Source: Mobula hypostoma
Lineage: Eukaryota
DNA length: 64,000 nt
Direction of reading: 5' to 3'
Assembly: GCF_963921235.1 (NCBI RefSeq)
Contig: NC_086106.1
Span: 23,374,001-23,438,000 of the forward strand
Shown: positions 49,795 through 63,864 of the stretch, piece by piece
Layout of the letters: each line of letters starts with the position of its first letter
How positions within the stretch are numbered: position 1 is the first letter of the stretch
The notes under the pieces: generated by a model
What the model saw: the letters and a program-made list of their open reading frames with translations, nothing else
Database searches by the model: none
What the model was told of the DNA's origin: nothing
Position numbers and translations under genes: made by a program

Positions 49795-51185
49795 AAAAAA
49801 GAAAGGTTCTACGAGTAAACCTGGCAATTATCGGCCTGTGAGTTTGACGCCAGTGGTTGGTAAATTGATGGGAAGTAATTTTAGAGATGGTATATATAAA
49901 TTCTGGATAGACAGTGTCTGATTAGGAACAGTCAACATGGAGCTGTGCGTGGGATATCATGTTTGAAAAATCTTATTGACTATTTTGATGAGGTTACTAA
50001 GAAAGTTGACGAGTGTAAAACAGTGGATGTTGTCTATATGGACATCAGTAAGGCCTTTGACAAGATTCCACACGGAAGATTAGTTAGGAAGGTTCAATCG
50101 TTAGGCATTAACATGGAAGTTTTAAAATGGATTCAGCAGTGGCTAGATGGAGAAACCAGAGAGCAGCGATGGATAACTGTGTGTCAGATTGAAGGACGAT
50201 GTGTAGTGTTTTGCCTCAGGGATCTGTACTTGCTCCAACAGTTTTGTAATATATATTAATGATCTGGACGAAAGGGTGGTAAATTGGATTAGTTAATATG
50301 CAGATGATACTAAGATAGGTGGATTTGTGGATGACGACGTAAGTTTTCAAAACTTGCAGAGATATCGAGGACAGTTAGAAGAGTGGGCTGAACGATGGCA
50401 GATTCTGATGCTGAAAATGTGAGGTGCTACATTTTGGTAGAACTAATCAAAATAGGACATACATGGTCAATGGTAGGGCATTAAATAATGCTTTAGAACA
50501 GAGGGATCTAGGAACAATGGTGCATAGACCACTGAAGATGGAATCTCATGTCTTTAGGGTGGTGAATAAAGCATTTGGTTTGCTGGCCTTCATTAATCAG
50601 AGCATTGAGTATAAGAGTTGGGATGTAATGTTGAATTTGTATAAGACATTGGTAAGTCCAAATATGGAGTATTGTGTGCAATTCTGGTCTCCGAATTATA
50701 GGAAAAATATCAATAAAATTGAGAAGTACAGGGGAGGTTTACTAAAATGTTGCCTGGGTTTCATCTCCAAAGTTACAGAGAAAGGTTGAACAAGTTATGT
50801 CTTTATTCTTTGGAGCGTAGAAGGTTGAGGGGGGACTTGATAGACGTGTTTAAAATTATGACGGCGATTGATAGAGTTGACGAGGTTAGACTTTTTCTTC
50901 CATTGAGAGTGGGGAAGATTCAAACAAGCGGACATGAGTTGAGAATTAGAGGACAAAAGTTTAGGGGTAACATGAGGGAGAACTTCTTTCCTCAGAAAGT
51001 GGTAGCTGTGTGGAATGAGCTTCCAGCAGAAGTGGTTGAGGCAGGTGCTATGTTGCAGTTTAATGTTAAATTAGAAAGATATATGGACAGCTAAGGAATG
51101 GAGGGTTATGGGCTGAGTCGCAGGTCGATTTCGGCACGGACTAGAAGGGCCAAGATGGCCTGTTTCCGTGCTGTAATTGATGTAT
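49795..51185 (+). mobile_element. CR1 LINE 3' portion
   Basis: DVVYMDISKAFDKIPH, YCVQFWSPNY, ERRRLRGDL, TSGHEL. Confidence 0.88.
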
Positions 51186-51199
51186 GGCTATATATATGG

Positions 51200-54100
51200 T
51201 TATACTTTAGCATTCTTCTGTCTGGCCACCACTAGTGGAGAGACAAATATGTTTCTGGACTCAGTTCTCAGTTCAGCTTCCTTCAAATTCCTCATATGCT
51301 GCCAAACGTCCTCCCAGTCTGCAGGCGCAGCTCGCCGCGCCCATTCTCTGAAAGGGGCACTCTCTGTCACCCGGGTGGTTAGCGAGTGCACTCAGAACTA
51401 CACACATCAAACTCATGTGTAGAAAATGCATCTTACAGCTTCATCACCTCCTCTAACAGCCTCTTCTTCCAACCTTCAGGTAACGGGGAATCCCCAAATT
51501 TGAATGACTCGGCAGTCATCTACCGCTTTTTCGAAAAGAGTTCCCCCCGGCTTGTCTCACATGGACACCAGTCATTACCGTCAACGGAGATATTTGTGCC
51601 ATTGACATCCCCCGCATGAAGGAGACCTCCCTCTCCGAATTGTTCCAGACAATCACTATCAGCCTGTTCACCAGTAGAACCAAGGTGTACTGCAATTCGG
51701 GCCTTGCCAGTACAATAGTAGAAAAGCATGACTCCTCTTTGTGCTGTTCCAGAGAATCGATCAAGAGAAGCTCGGCATCATGCATTCCTGGAAATTTGGT
51801 GTTTAGCGTCACTCCAGTTGATTCCCGAGGCCGTAACACGAGTGGTTTGGATTGGACGTACAGTCGTTCGCTAATGAGTAGTCATCAGGCTAGTGCGCCC
51901 AGGCTCGTCTTTAAATGCAGATTGGAGCACAGAGTGAATAAACAAGGTTTTCAGAATGCTTTCTACAATTTTCCCTTGGTAAGCTTTCGTGCGCCTCTCC
52001 AACATATGTGTACTTGTCTTCACAAGAATTCATGCTTCGCCTTGTCAATCGGATGCGGCCAAAACTATACTCAAGAATCAAATGTCTCAGGTGCTCCCAC
52101 ATCTGCCTCCAAAAAATCCAGCTTCAATGGCATGTAACCATCATCCGGATAGTCATCCGTATAATACTCCAGATCTCTCGCGCACTGATTTGCGTCAATG
52201 GTAAATGCTTCAAACACAGTTTGTAAATCCAACGGTATTACAGAGAAAACTAAAAGCTGGTGTCAAGCACTGATGCAGCATAAATACCCGCAATCTGTAG
52301 CGACAGAGAGGAGCTTGGCCCCACGAAACCTTCAGGAATTGTTTTTTTTTTCTTATTGTTTTTGCGTGTTCCTTGATATATAGCTGGGAATGAGCGCCCC
52401 GAATTGCCAAGTCGTTCCCTTAACAGTCTCGTCGCTTAGGTATCTCGGGACTTATTCTCCGAGGGCATTCTCTTTCTTCACACTCCTACTTGAAGTATCG
52501 CTCTTAATTTAACAAACAATGCAGGTCGTTCTCCTTCTTGCAGGATGCCGATCGCTTGCAGCCCTCGGCATAGTCCGTCCTGTCAGGGGTTCTGGCTCAC
52601 TGTCGGCTTCATCTGCTTTATCGGCCCCAACTGCAAAGAAAAAACGGGGCATCCCAGCCTTTATCTCTCCCACGAGGTCATTTCGTACCCCGGCGTGGGC
52701 TATCAGTGGTCACTACAGCCAACCGTGGCACTACGGAGGATTGTACCCTGCTGACGGAGGCCTCCTGCGCCTCTATCGTATTTTCCTCCTCTCATACCTA
52801 TCTCATCAGCTTGATAACCGAAGGAAGTATGCGCGTCCTCCGAGTCATTTGGAGACTTCAGGCGATCAAACTCTATGACTGTGCATTTTTTTGCCACTTG
52901 GGCCATTATTAACTGATTCACCACAGCCGTTTAAATGCCCCCTACGCCGCAAGCAACTTATCCTCCTTTTCTCCCAAAGAGTTCAGTCAAAAAGGGTCTC
53001 TCCTTCTCCTGAAACATATTCTGAAATCATATCATCAACTCCTTTCTGCTTCCCATTGCGCAAAGGAGCGTTTTTTAGGGCTTGCATGTAACCCGCAGAA
53101 GCAGCAAAGACCATACTCGTCTTTGAAAATCTTTACGGACAGCCTCTCCAAACTCTTCAACATTCACTGTCTTTATATCTTGTCAGAGCACTGCCATTCA
53201 TCAAGCATCTGAGAGGTCTGCTCCATCCAAGTCTCAAATCCACTTACCCGTCATGGGCTGGCGTCATTCACTACACCATGCTGAGCCTACGATAGCTCTG
53301 ACTTTGAACCTGGGTATTTTGTCATTTATTTGCTTGGGATATAAGGGCCGCAATCAACTTAGAATGCTCACCCCTTACTGGAAGAGTCATTTGACCTTCC
53401 AGATCATCCTGCTCCTTCCCATCGTTCCGCAGAAACGAGAGCAACTTGTTTATGATGAATCCATTCCAGATGCGGAAAATTCCGCTTCTGCTTCGGCACT
53501 CCTGCCTACACTTCCCTCCTCCTGGGAGCATGTTCAGCCATTGCCCGACCCCCTCTCTGGAGGACACTATAGTACCGGGCAGCTTCACTGCCGTTACGTC
53601 AGCGCTATCCTTAACCGAAATAAAGTTTTTGCTCGTTATTTTGTCAATCCTCCGCTCCATTATCCTAACGGTTGCTTATGCCTTAACGGTACTTAAAATT
53701 CGAATTAACAATTCCTTGGGGCTACGAATGTATATCCCACTGAACACCCCCGTGTTCGTTACTGGTAACCGCGTCGTTCGCACAACGGCTCAAGCCCTGC
53801 AGTGTCCATAGCCACGTATCATAATCATTTCACCTGACAATATTTGAACACAGGCTTAAACACAGAAGCCACTGGGTCAAAGCTCAGGGCAATCGCACAG
53901 AATCCAAATTAATCGATCCTGGACGAGCCCCAACAAATGAGTCTCTGTTGGTTTCCATTGCTCTGGATGTCCAGAGAAGACGCAGTCCTGATCCGCCAAA
54001 CCAGTGAGGTGACCGTGGTTCTCCTTCCCTAAACCTCGGTTTGTGTGGATGCTATGTTAGTTGTTACCCTGTTGCAACTCATTGCCGAGAAACAACAGAC

Positions 54101-54420
54101 AGCGCACGGCATAGTATTTAAGGAATGATATTTATGATTCTTGACTAAAGGTCTAGAAAGAAAAGAATGAAAATTAACACAAATAGGGCGCATTGCTTTT
54201 TAAGGGGTAAAATGTGCACCTGTTGGAGCTCAATTCGCTGATCCTCAGTCGATCTCATCGCCTGGCTCAATCGAATCACAATTTTATCACCCGCTCGTAT
54301 CCTTCAACCGGTTCTCCTCAGCCTCTTCTCTATTTATCTCCCAACGAACAACGACCCAGCTCACATTCCAAAGCACCCATTATCTCTAACCAGGAAGTTG
54401 AGAAATTGGCATGATGGGAA
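51200..54420 (-). mobile_element. Highly decayed non-LTR retroelement sequence (probably L1/Tx1-like, possibly more than one element)
   Basis: Scattered endonuclease-like remnants (LLHAGDVNG; IMIRG..GIYIRSP). No long ORF. Family assignment is weak. Confidence 0.3.
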
Positions 54421-54965
54421 GTATCATAAACGCAATGCTTCCATATTTGTAGTCTGAGTATTTTACAGTCGTAATCGATGAGTTAATGTACACTTGGAAC
54501 AATATCCTTACCGAAGAATAGTGAAGTAATGGTGTGTTGTGAAATAAAGGTCCATATAATGGTCCCTGCGTCCGTTAAATATTATTCACTGGTTTAATAT
54601 GGCAGAGAATCAGAAGCAGAGCAGAACTTGCACTCCATCACCGACTGCAGAGTTGTATTCGCTGCATGAGTCTACACAATAGAGCAATTATATTTGCCGC
54701 TTACTGAATTCACAATTTCAACGAAACTCGTCAAAACATTATCACGTGCTTTATTCGTATATTTTAAAGAGTCAATTTGACGACTACGGTGGTTAATATC
54801 ATCGTTTGCCTCTGAGAACACTTCGAAGCTGTTGCCTTCAACGAAAATAATTGTTGCCTAAATGCATCAAAATGCAGTGAAGTGTAGCGATACATCTGAG
54901 ACCCTAATGACAGAGCATGTTTCGTTCCTTGGGGAATACATTCTAAATTTCTTTTTCGCAACCTC

Positions 54966-54977
54966 GTGTGTGTGTGG

Positions 54978-55039
<62 letters not shown>
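54966..55039. repeat. Compound microsatellite (GT)n(GA)n
   Basis: Seen directly. Confidence 0.97.
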
Positions 55040-55045
<6 letters not shown>

Positions 55046-56819
55046 CTTTATGGTGGTCTATGTGGCTATGCCGATTCTCTCACTGGTTTGAGCCATATGA
55101 AACAGAAAAAAAAAGCATGGAACTCAGGGAAGTTTTCATTCCTTTGAATTCATTTAACTGCAATTATATTTTGTATGTTCTATTACCCGAGCCTTCCGCT
55201 AATTAGATCGAACTGAAATCATGCTATTTTCAATCTTTCTCCGATCTCACCCTGCCTGCCTGCTTGAAAGCAAAATGGTGCTGCTATCAGAATTTGGAAG
55301 CTGCAATATGCATCCATTGACTTTGCAGATAAAATGTCACATTTTAATTGGAAGCTTCCTTTAAAAAAATAAATACCCTTACATTTTTCGGTTTGATGCA
55401 TGTCGAATTAAATTTACCCTATTATTTCGCAGTACATCTCTTGAGCAATGAGCCCGTCGTGTCAGGTCAGCTGTCAGTGACCTACAGAGAGTGTTTTTTT
55501 ATATGTTACGCTGTCCGGCTAACCACCGGCATGATTATAGTTTACAATTTGCTCGAAGAACTGCAGACAGATACTCGTTTATGAGAAGAAGCTGAACAAA
55601 GCATTTTAGCTGGAAGTTGAACCTGTTCAAAACAATCATTTGTCCCAGGAAGGGTTAGATGCTGTGTAAGAAAGGTGAACTAAGCAAAAGAATAAAATAA
55701 TTTAACGGTAATCAGCAGACGTTAAAAAACAAAAGACACCATATCAGATATCTATTGATGTGTGTTCGATAATGGGGAGCCTCTAAGACGGAGCTGATAG
55801 AATTTCCAAAATCCAGCGGAGTTGTCCAATACCATGCAGGTGCCCCTCCATTGTGGAGGGTGATGCAACCATTGGGAAGTCCGCACAGATGTGAAAAAAA
55901 GGTTGTAACATTTTCTTTATGGGGCAAGTATATCAATGCAATCATTTTACATCCCATAGTTTATACAGCAAATTAACTTAATTGCATCAGAAAACTGGTT
56001 TCATATTGGATTGAAGTACCTGGTTGCATAAAATAAGTTATGTAATAGATTATGGCTTGAAACGTAAACTGTATATTATTGGTTCATTTTTCGGGAATAT
56101 TGCAGGATCTAAGCCAATAATGGCATTTCCTTCTCCTTATGCAGGACCAGACTATGAGTTGCTAGTTTCCAACAGGAACATTTATGTTATTTACGTATGA
56201 CACAGAAGGCAATTTCGCTGCTTGTGATTGAAACACATTCAACAATCAGGGCCTCAGAATTGTAAATTCAATTCGTTCTGTCCGTCATTCGAGGTTGTAA
56301 TTGTCCAAGGGTTACAAAAAAAAAAAGAAGAAGAAATCAGCAATTTGAATCCAACATCGTATTTGGTCTTCAAACGGAGAGATCAATCGACACAAAACTT
56401 AATATGCATACTTTAGAGTTTTTTTTTCGTTATATCTTATTGGTATATTTTAATGTTGAATGATGGAGTTGTCTCCAGAGAGTGCTATACTTGCTGATCC
56501 GGCACTGAAAAATGCAGAAAAAAGCTTTTCAAAATATTATGAAAAGAACGTATTTTTATTTCTTAGGGCTTCTGCCCGGTGCGGGTCATTGGATAGATGT
56601 TTCTTGTCCTCGACGATGATATCTACAGCTATCATCGTTAATCGTTTCATTGTTGTCCTTCGGCTTCAGCAATTCTGCTTTCCGAATTAACAGATGTATT
56701 AACTCAGTTTCAGTGACGGAAGTTCAGTTTTGTTATTTGTCGGAATGATTAGCAAATAGGCAGGTGGTCGTGAGTTAATAACTATAATTATCAGTGCTGG
56801 CTACTCAGCGTCTCCGTTT

Positions 56820-56862
56820 CTGTTTGTTTGTTTGTTTGTCTGATTGTTTGTTTGTTTGTTTT
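56820..56862. repeat. (TTTG)n microsatellite
   Basis: Seen directly. Confidence 0.9.
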
Positions 56863-58232
56863 TCTCAGCAACCCTCGCTGTTGTGAGAATTGTTCCCGGT
56901 TAACTGAAGGAAAACTGATCGATGAGATTTATTGGTGTGGTTCTGCTTCTACAAGTGCAGGGGTTCTTAATGATTTTCTCTTCTGTGGATCCCTTTGAAA
57001 GTCTGATAAGACCGATGCGCAGATTCTTAGACATAGCATTCAAATATATAAAGCACTACGCACAGCAATACAAAAAATATGTTTTAAAAAATGTTGATAT
57101 TTTAAACAATGTGTGATATCATAATATGTTTCTTCATTACAACACATTTAAGAATTAGAATGTATATTTAAACATATATCTAAGCATGTATATTTAAGCA
57201 TACATTTTATTTTTGAATAACATAAGAATGATATAGTTGGTTTTGCATGGCTAAGCTCGAAATCCTGAAGGAGTAATACGATTGTGTAAGGTATTCTGAG
57301 ATTAATTCCAAATAAGCGTAAGTTTTATTGTCCTAATCAGTTTTTATCTGTCCGCAATTTCGACACAGTTTGTATCATAAAACATAGGACTGCAGAGCCA
57401 TGTTGAAGCTCAAATTATCGAGAAGCAAACAACATCAGAGTAGTGTTCTGAAGTGCTGCCAGGGGTTCATAGATGTTTCTCTTCAAGGAAATTGAAAGAG
57501 TATTTTACGTCTGAACTCGATCATTGTATAGCACTTCCTGCAGAATTTCAAAGATTGCAACGAAGTCGGCCTTTACTCTTTTTTTGTTTTCATATCGGCA
57601 GATCAGCCAAATGTCTTGAATTGTTTTTCAGTGGCATTCATTATGGTAACTTAAAGGTCTTGGTTCGAATTATCTGTCAGTTAAGCCTCCCCAATTATGC
57701 AACCCACTATTTCAATTATTTTTTTTAATTTAAAGAATGTTTGTTTTCATTCAGAAAATAAAGTGAATCTTCTGTGCATAATTATGTCAAGTCCTTAATA
57801 CTTGTTATCTGCCAAGCTAGGAACCCGCCGTGTGGTCGAGAAACACAGCATATTCTGCATCCATTTCTTGATAAAGAAGTTTAAAATGCGAATATTCAAA
57901 CACATGATTCGAAACCCTTTGATAACCTTAATAGTTGCTTTAAAATTTCTTTCAGATGTCATTGGGAAAGTTTTGTTGTCATTCGTTCCCTGTGTAAAAA
58001 GCGAGTTATGAAGTCAGAAGGTAAAAAACAATATATTGACAACTATCGTAGAGCTCTATCTGGCCATTTTTTTTCTATTATTATATTCCAGTCTAATTTG
58101 TTTGTCTAAAAACTTTGCATTTCGGATACATTGACGGCCTATGCAGTTTCCGGTATGCACTCACAAAACAATACTTCTTCTCCAACTACGCCGTCATGTA
58201 CATAACGTTAAAAAAGAAGCTGGCTATACTTG

Positions 58233-58930
58233 GCAGCACACAAAAATAAGAGGGATTTCAGGAGGACAGACAGCATCTATGGGAAAAGGCACAGTGGACG
58301 TTACCAGCCGAAACATTCAGGCAGGGGAAACAAAGCTGAGGAGTAGCTTTAAAAGTTGGGTGACGGGAAAGAAAAATGAAAGGTGATAACCGAATCCTGG
58401 CGGGGGTTCCATTTCGATGTCCATCTCTGGCGTCCTCCAGTGCGGGGATGAGGCCACACTTAATGTGGAGGAGCAGCAGCTTATATTCTGTTTCGGTAAC
58501 CTCCATCCTGATGGAATGAACATCGATATTTTCAAAATTTCTGCAATATCCGTACTGCTGCATTTCCCATCCACTTCTCCGTCTCTCAGCTTATCTCCTT
58601 GCCCGCCCATGATCTCCCTCTGGTACTTCCCCCCACCACCCTCTTTTCGTTCTTCCGTGACCACCTTCCTCTTTACCAATCAATTTCTCAGCTCTTTACT
58701 TCATCCCTGCCGATCCAACTTTCACGTATCACCTGATGCTTCTCTCTGCCCTCATCGTTTAAATGTTTTCCTCAGTTTTCTATTATTTGTTCACATCTAC
58801 TGCCGATGTGTTTCATATTGAAAAGTTGTTGGTACATTTCTTTTCCAAAAAGGCTGCCTGACCTGCTTAGTCCTCCAGCATTCTGTGTGTGTTGCTCGGA
58901 TTTCCAGCATCTGCGGATTTCTTCTTGCTT
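58233..58930 (+). mobile_element. Short Penelope-like element with inverted terminal repeat arrangement
   Basis: MSISGVLQCGDEATLNVEEQQLIFCFGNLHPDGMNID matches the GIY-YIG C-terminus of the other Penelope copies. 58233-58320 is the inverse of 58840-58920. Confidence 0.8.
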
Positions 58931-59899
58931 GTGATCTGAGAAATGCATCAAGTTAAATCCAATTGTACACTGAACGGGAATTGCGAGGCTGCCAATTTCT
59001 GAACGACACACTTGAAATGTGTTCCAGACAAATCAGCTATTCATTAACCTACCGCATTATTTGTTCAGGGACATTTTTTTTTCAGTTTTTTTTATTTCCC
59101 TGCTCCAGTCTACACAGAGCAGGACCAGTTCAGATAACTTGACCAAATTCTCTCGAATAGGTTGAGAATTGTTCTGTTCGGTAATCAGGTAAGCAGCTTG
59201 AAAGAATGCTTAAGTGAAAGGATTTTATGAAATGGCAAATCCATGTTTTAAAAGTGTCGCAACTTTTTCGAATTAAGCTTGAAGCGCAGAAACAAAATGC
59301 ACCATTAGATGCATGTTCTGTATCCATAGCTAGGAGGTGATCTTTCAGTTCTGCTGCCTTCATTCTTCTATTCTCAAAACTTGGTCCACATAACAATGTG
59401 GCATTTGTTTCTGTCACGTCCATTAAAGAAACTCAAGCCATTTTATTTTTATACCTTGCAATTTCTCTTGTCCTCCCTCGATGATTCAACATTCTCCTAG
59501 CATATTCACCCACTTTTTAAAATATAATTACGTCTCTGAAAAACAGAACCACACCACGGACTATAGCTTCCTATCTGATCTTCCGATTAAGAGTATGTCC
59601 TTTGATGTTAAGCACCAAAATATAGTATTCTTCAGTCACGACTCAATAAGCCCACATAGTTAAACCCACTAAACGTTAACTGCGCTACGATTTCGTCCAC
59701 GATGTTCAGACTACGCATATTGAAATACAACAGTTTCAGCCCTATATATTTCGCTTTTGTTTTTGATATTTGCTCTGTGGTACCATTTAAATTTTTGCTC
59801 CCTCTGCATTTATATCTGTTCTTTGGTTTGTCTTTCCTTACATATAGGTTACACCCATTATCTACTTGTAAGCCCTTGGTTCATCCTTAGCTCTATCAA

Positions 59900-60950
59900 C
59901 CTGATTTCCATCCCCCTGTATATTAGTTTAAAACACTCTCAGAAACTCCGGTAAATTTCCCCGCAAGGGTATTACCTCCCTCCTATTCAAGTACAACGCG
60001 CCCCTTTTTTATGAGAACTACCTGCCCAGAAGGGCTCCCAATTATCGAGAGAGCGGAATCCTTGACTCCTGCTACAATTTATAGTCACACGTTAATTTGC
60101 CACCCAATTCTACTCACGTCCTCACTGTCGCCTGGAACAAGCAGCAATCCCATGAACACTACACTTGAGGTCCAGCTACTCAGCTTAATTCCTCCTACTG
60201 ATTTTTTTTTTTTCCAGGCCCTCCTCCTGGTTTTCTCCTATGTTCTTGGTACCAATTTGTATCCCGACTTCTGGCTGCTTACACTCCTTGGTCATTATAT
60301 TGTGGACGCGTCTAGAATCATGCAAGATCTCCGCACCCTTCAAACCATCTGCTGTCTAAATTTTCATGTTGCATCCATAAATTCACAAATCTATACCCAT
60401 GACTAGACGGTCTGTTGTTACGGCTGCAATCCACTTCAGTTCCTTACCCTTCTGCGCCACAGGGCCAAAGTACGTGCCAGAGGCACGGCCTCGGTTGCAT
60501 TCCAGTAAGGTTGTTACCCCCAAGCAGATCTCAAAATGGACCACTTAATGTTGAGTAGGGCAGCCTCAGGTGTGCTCAGCACTCGAGGTGTTCTCTCTTC
60601 CCTCTGCTTACGTTCATACATTTATCTATCTCCTGTAGAATTGGAATTACGACCTCCCTGTTGCTGCTGTCTATCTCTGATTCACTTACCCTAAAAAGCC
60701 TATGTTTATCGAGCTACACCTCCGGTTATACAGTCTCAGAAGATCTACATTTCAATGCAACTGGCGCAGATGTAGCCATCGGAGCGACTGGAGGTCTCGT
60801 AAAAATCCCACAGCTGAGAGCCTGAAAGAAACACCACCTCTGTAGACATGCAGTTGAATAAGAACTAAGGAATGCCCTTACAATGACTCCGCCTGAAATC
60901 AAACAAGCCTTATTAAGCCAAAACCTTACTCCACTGCTTCAGACTATTCC
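59900..60950 (-). mobile_element. Decayed CR1 5'/ORF1 region
   Basis: Resembles the ORF1 end at ~31200-31270 and typical chondrichthyan CR1 5' sequence. No open frame. Confidence 0.45.
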
Positions 60951-62551
60951 TTCGACGACCGCTCCCACGATGATGCTCGCTAAGCAGTAACTCTCTTTTA
61001 TAGACATTGGGTCCTCGTCGAAAATTTTTGTAGAACCTGCGTGGGAATGCCCCGGCTGCGTCAGTGCAGCACTCCGATCAACGATCCCCGTCCAGAAATT
61101 CGCTTTTTTTTTTCTATTTCTCCCTGCTGCTTGGTAACGCTGCAAAGTTGTCCGCCCAACACTCCAATGAACTGCGTGAATCAGAAATATAGAAATTCGA
61201 TCCACAATGCTGAGCCGAACATGTACGTGCATTAGGGTTACCATACCCGTATATATATATTTTTTTCTATTCTCCATAGGGCAGCAGTCTCCATAGATCG
61301 AAGGCTGACGCCATTTTCGTATTAATTAAAGAAGGTTCGCACCCACCTATGAGATGCAAGTCTTACGCATGGGAATATTGCGATTCATGCGATCAGTTCA
61401 GCGTCGCCACTCCATGGCACGTCACGATTCCTTCAGCTCCTTTATCAATGCTGAGAGACAATGTTCGAATATTGTGTTGCCATGTTCTTAGGTAACATTC
61501 CGACAAGTTTGCAATTCACTGTTCGGAACAGTGCTTTAAACAAGTTGCAATCTAATTTTTAAATATTACTTTGATTTTCCAGATGACATCGATGGGAATT
61601 ATGCCATTTGAAACACCATTTTGATCAGCAACATTCTACTTTGCTTTATCTCTCACCCGTGATACCAAAGGACCCGTTACACTTTCAATAAAATGTGTTG
61701 AAATGCTTTCTATCTTTGTCGTTTCTTAACACTACGTTGTATTAAAGAATGGAATCAGCATTTATGCCTCAACGGAGCGGTAGACTGTTGTCAGCACTGT
61801 AAACACGTGAAATATCTTGTAGAACTGTGATATTCCCGGTATCCTTTTAATATAATCTATCATTAAACCTCTCTATCTCTTACCGAGTTTGATGAATGTA
61901 CGAGTATTAAGAGTATCAGTGTTCATTACGATATTATCTAGCACGTTCTTTTGTCATAATCGGGTAGCGAAGACTCCAATGGGAAGTTCCGAAGTCGAAT
62001 GTACGACAACACAATGACAACAACACATTGACACAATTAGACATCAAATTACTGTGTAATTTACTTATTTGAAATATCTATGGCTGGATTATAAAACAAC
62101 AAATAAAGATTTTATGCGACAATTATATGCAACTTTACAGCCACGCTGACTTTGTGAGTTAACTACTAATTTTAAAAATCTGCTGACATTTGCGATCCAG
62201 TTGTTGCAGGCAGAAAGCACCGTTGCTAGTATCTGACTTGTCTCTGCAAACATGGATTCACAACGCTGTTGTCTCGTTTGGAAGATTTCGATGAAATAAG
62301 ACGATTGGGTCTATTTGCCTGCAACGATTGGGTGTGTAGACTAACTACCCGGAAATATATCAATGAAACGCCACAGTCTAAATGTCGTAGAAAATACGTT
62401 TGCAATGCTTGCACATCCTTCACTCAAACTGAAGAGGCTGTAGTGTTAGGTTGTGAGGCAGCAAGTTGAAGAGGAACTGCACCATAAGAGTTTTTTTTTG
62501 CAAAGAACGTGTTTGATATCTGCAACTCGCAGTCACAGTAGTTTTTTTTTC

Positions 62552-63200
62552 GGATTATGAGAACATGCAGTCCCCTTTTATTGCCATTTACAAATGCATA
62601 TATGCATTAAGAAATGATACAATGTTTCTCCGCAGTGATATCACAGAAAACAGGACAAACCAAAGACTAACACTTTCAGAACCACATCATTATAACATAT
62701 AGTGACAGCAATGCAAAGCAATACCATAATAAGATGAAGAACGATCCATGGGCACAGTAAGTAAAGTCTCAAAACATCCCAAGTCGATCGAGTCCAGAGT
62801 CCTCGATAGCAGGCCGGAAAATCCCTGCTATAAACCCCCACGCTTCGTCAACATCTGATGCGTTGGAAGCAGCCCACCACAGCCGACACTGATTCCATCC
62901 GTCCGAATACTTCGAGCTACTAACCAGCCTCTCCGATGCAGCCTCCTTAGCGCCATCCCCTGCCGAGCGCTTTAGTCTTCGACCCGGCTGCTAAAGCACG
63001 CAAAGCCGAGGATTTCGGGGTCACCTACTCCAGTGATTCCCATTACCACACAGTAGCAACGGCAGCGAAGTGGGCATTTCAGAAGTTTTCCAGGTGTTCC
63101 TCCGTACTCTCCCCACCCTCTCCATCAAATCAGAATTTTGCACCTTCCCCTACTTGATAGAGAACAGACATCACCACCAAAGTGACCGCGTGCGTTTAGC
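62552..63200 (-). mobile_element. Rep-A, independent inverted diverged copy
   Basis: The reverse complement matches both ends and the interior of 3001-3663 (e.g. ctttggtttgtcctg..tctgtgatatcact, cttaatgcat). Confidence 0.65.
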
Positions 63201-63759
63201 TGTTTAATTTCGAAAAGGAAAGTGGACTTAAACAGTACATAGGAGATAGAGTTGGGATAGAATGATATAAACAGGGCAGACCAGTCATGGTGGACTGAAG
63301 TTAGTCTCTTTGCGGTTGATTGCTTGCACTCTGAAACTCTTGTAATATTTTTGCCAAGTTCATTAGTATACAAATGAAACATTCAAACAATCTGAAGCTG
63401 AGACGGTAAGAACTAGAACCTCCACTGTGTTGTTTGTCTCTTCAACATAGTCTGCAATGGCTCTTTTCCCTCCAGCGATGAGACCAACCTCCTGGTTTTG
63501 GACCTTATAAAAAGAAAAAAAAAATCAAATCCATTATTTCAAACGGTATCATGTGAAGTAATTTTAGATACTACCATTTTGCCTTTAAGTTTTACTTGCA
63601 GCTGAAACTTTTTGAACTCAGGAAGTAGGTTATATCCGGTCTCGCCTAGTCTACCAACTTTATATTGATTGGCTGTGTTGAGGAACAAAGAAGTAATACA
63701 GGATTGACCATGAGTTGATTGGGGGACTTGGAGAAGCAAAAAACTTGATGCAACGCGGA

Positions 63760-63766
63760 TGAGTCA
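63760..63766 (+). promoter_or_regulatory. AP-1/CRE-like motif about 100 bp upstream of the terminal leader exon
   Basis: TGAGTCA. An ETS-like AGGAAGT near 63620 and an octamer-like GTGCAAAT at 63840-63847 are also present. Motif matches only. Confidence 0.3.
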
Positions 63767-63864
63767 AATGGCTTCTTAACAAACAAGACCGCACTCTTTA
63801 GGGGCACTAATATAACTTTCCCGAGAATAAAAAGTTTCAGTGCAAATCCACAGCGAACACAGAC

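Noticed and set aside
55712-55957. Minus-strand TCMVLD..FYQ..GSP resembling V FR1-FR2
   Set aside because: No Trp, no FR3 motifs and no RSS; consistent with chance.
57955-58140. Strong acceptor followed by DVIGKV..EG as a possible V exon
   Set aside because: No Cys23, Trp41 or downstream V motifs, and the spacing to EG is wrong.
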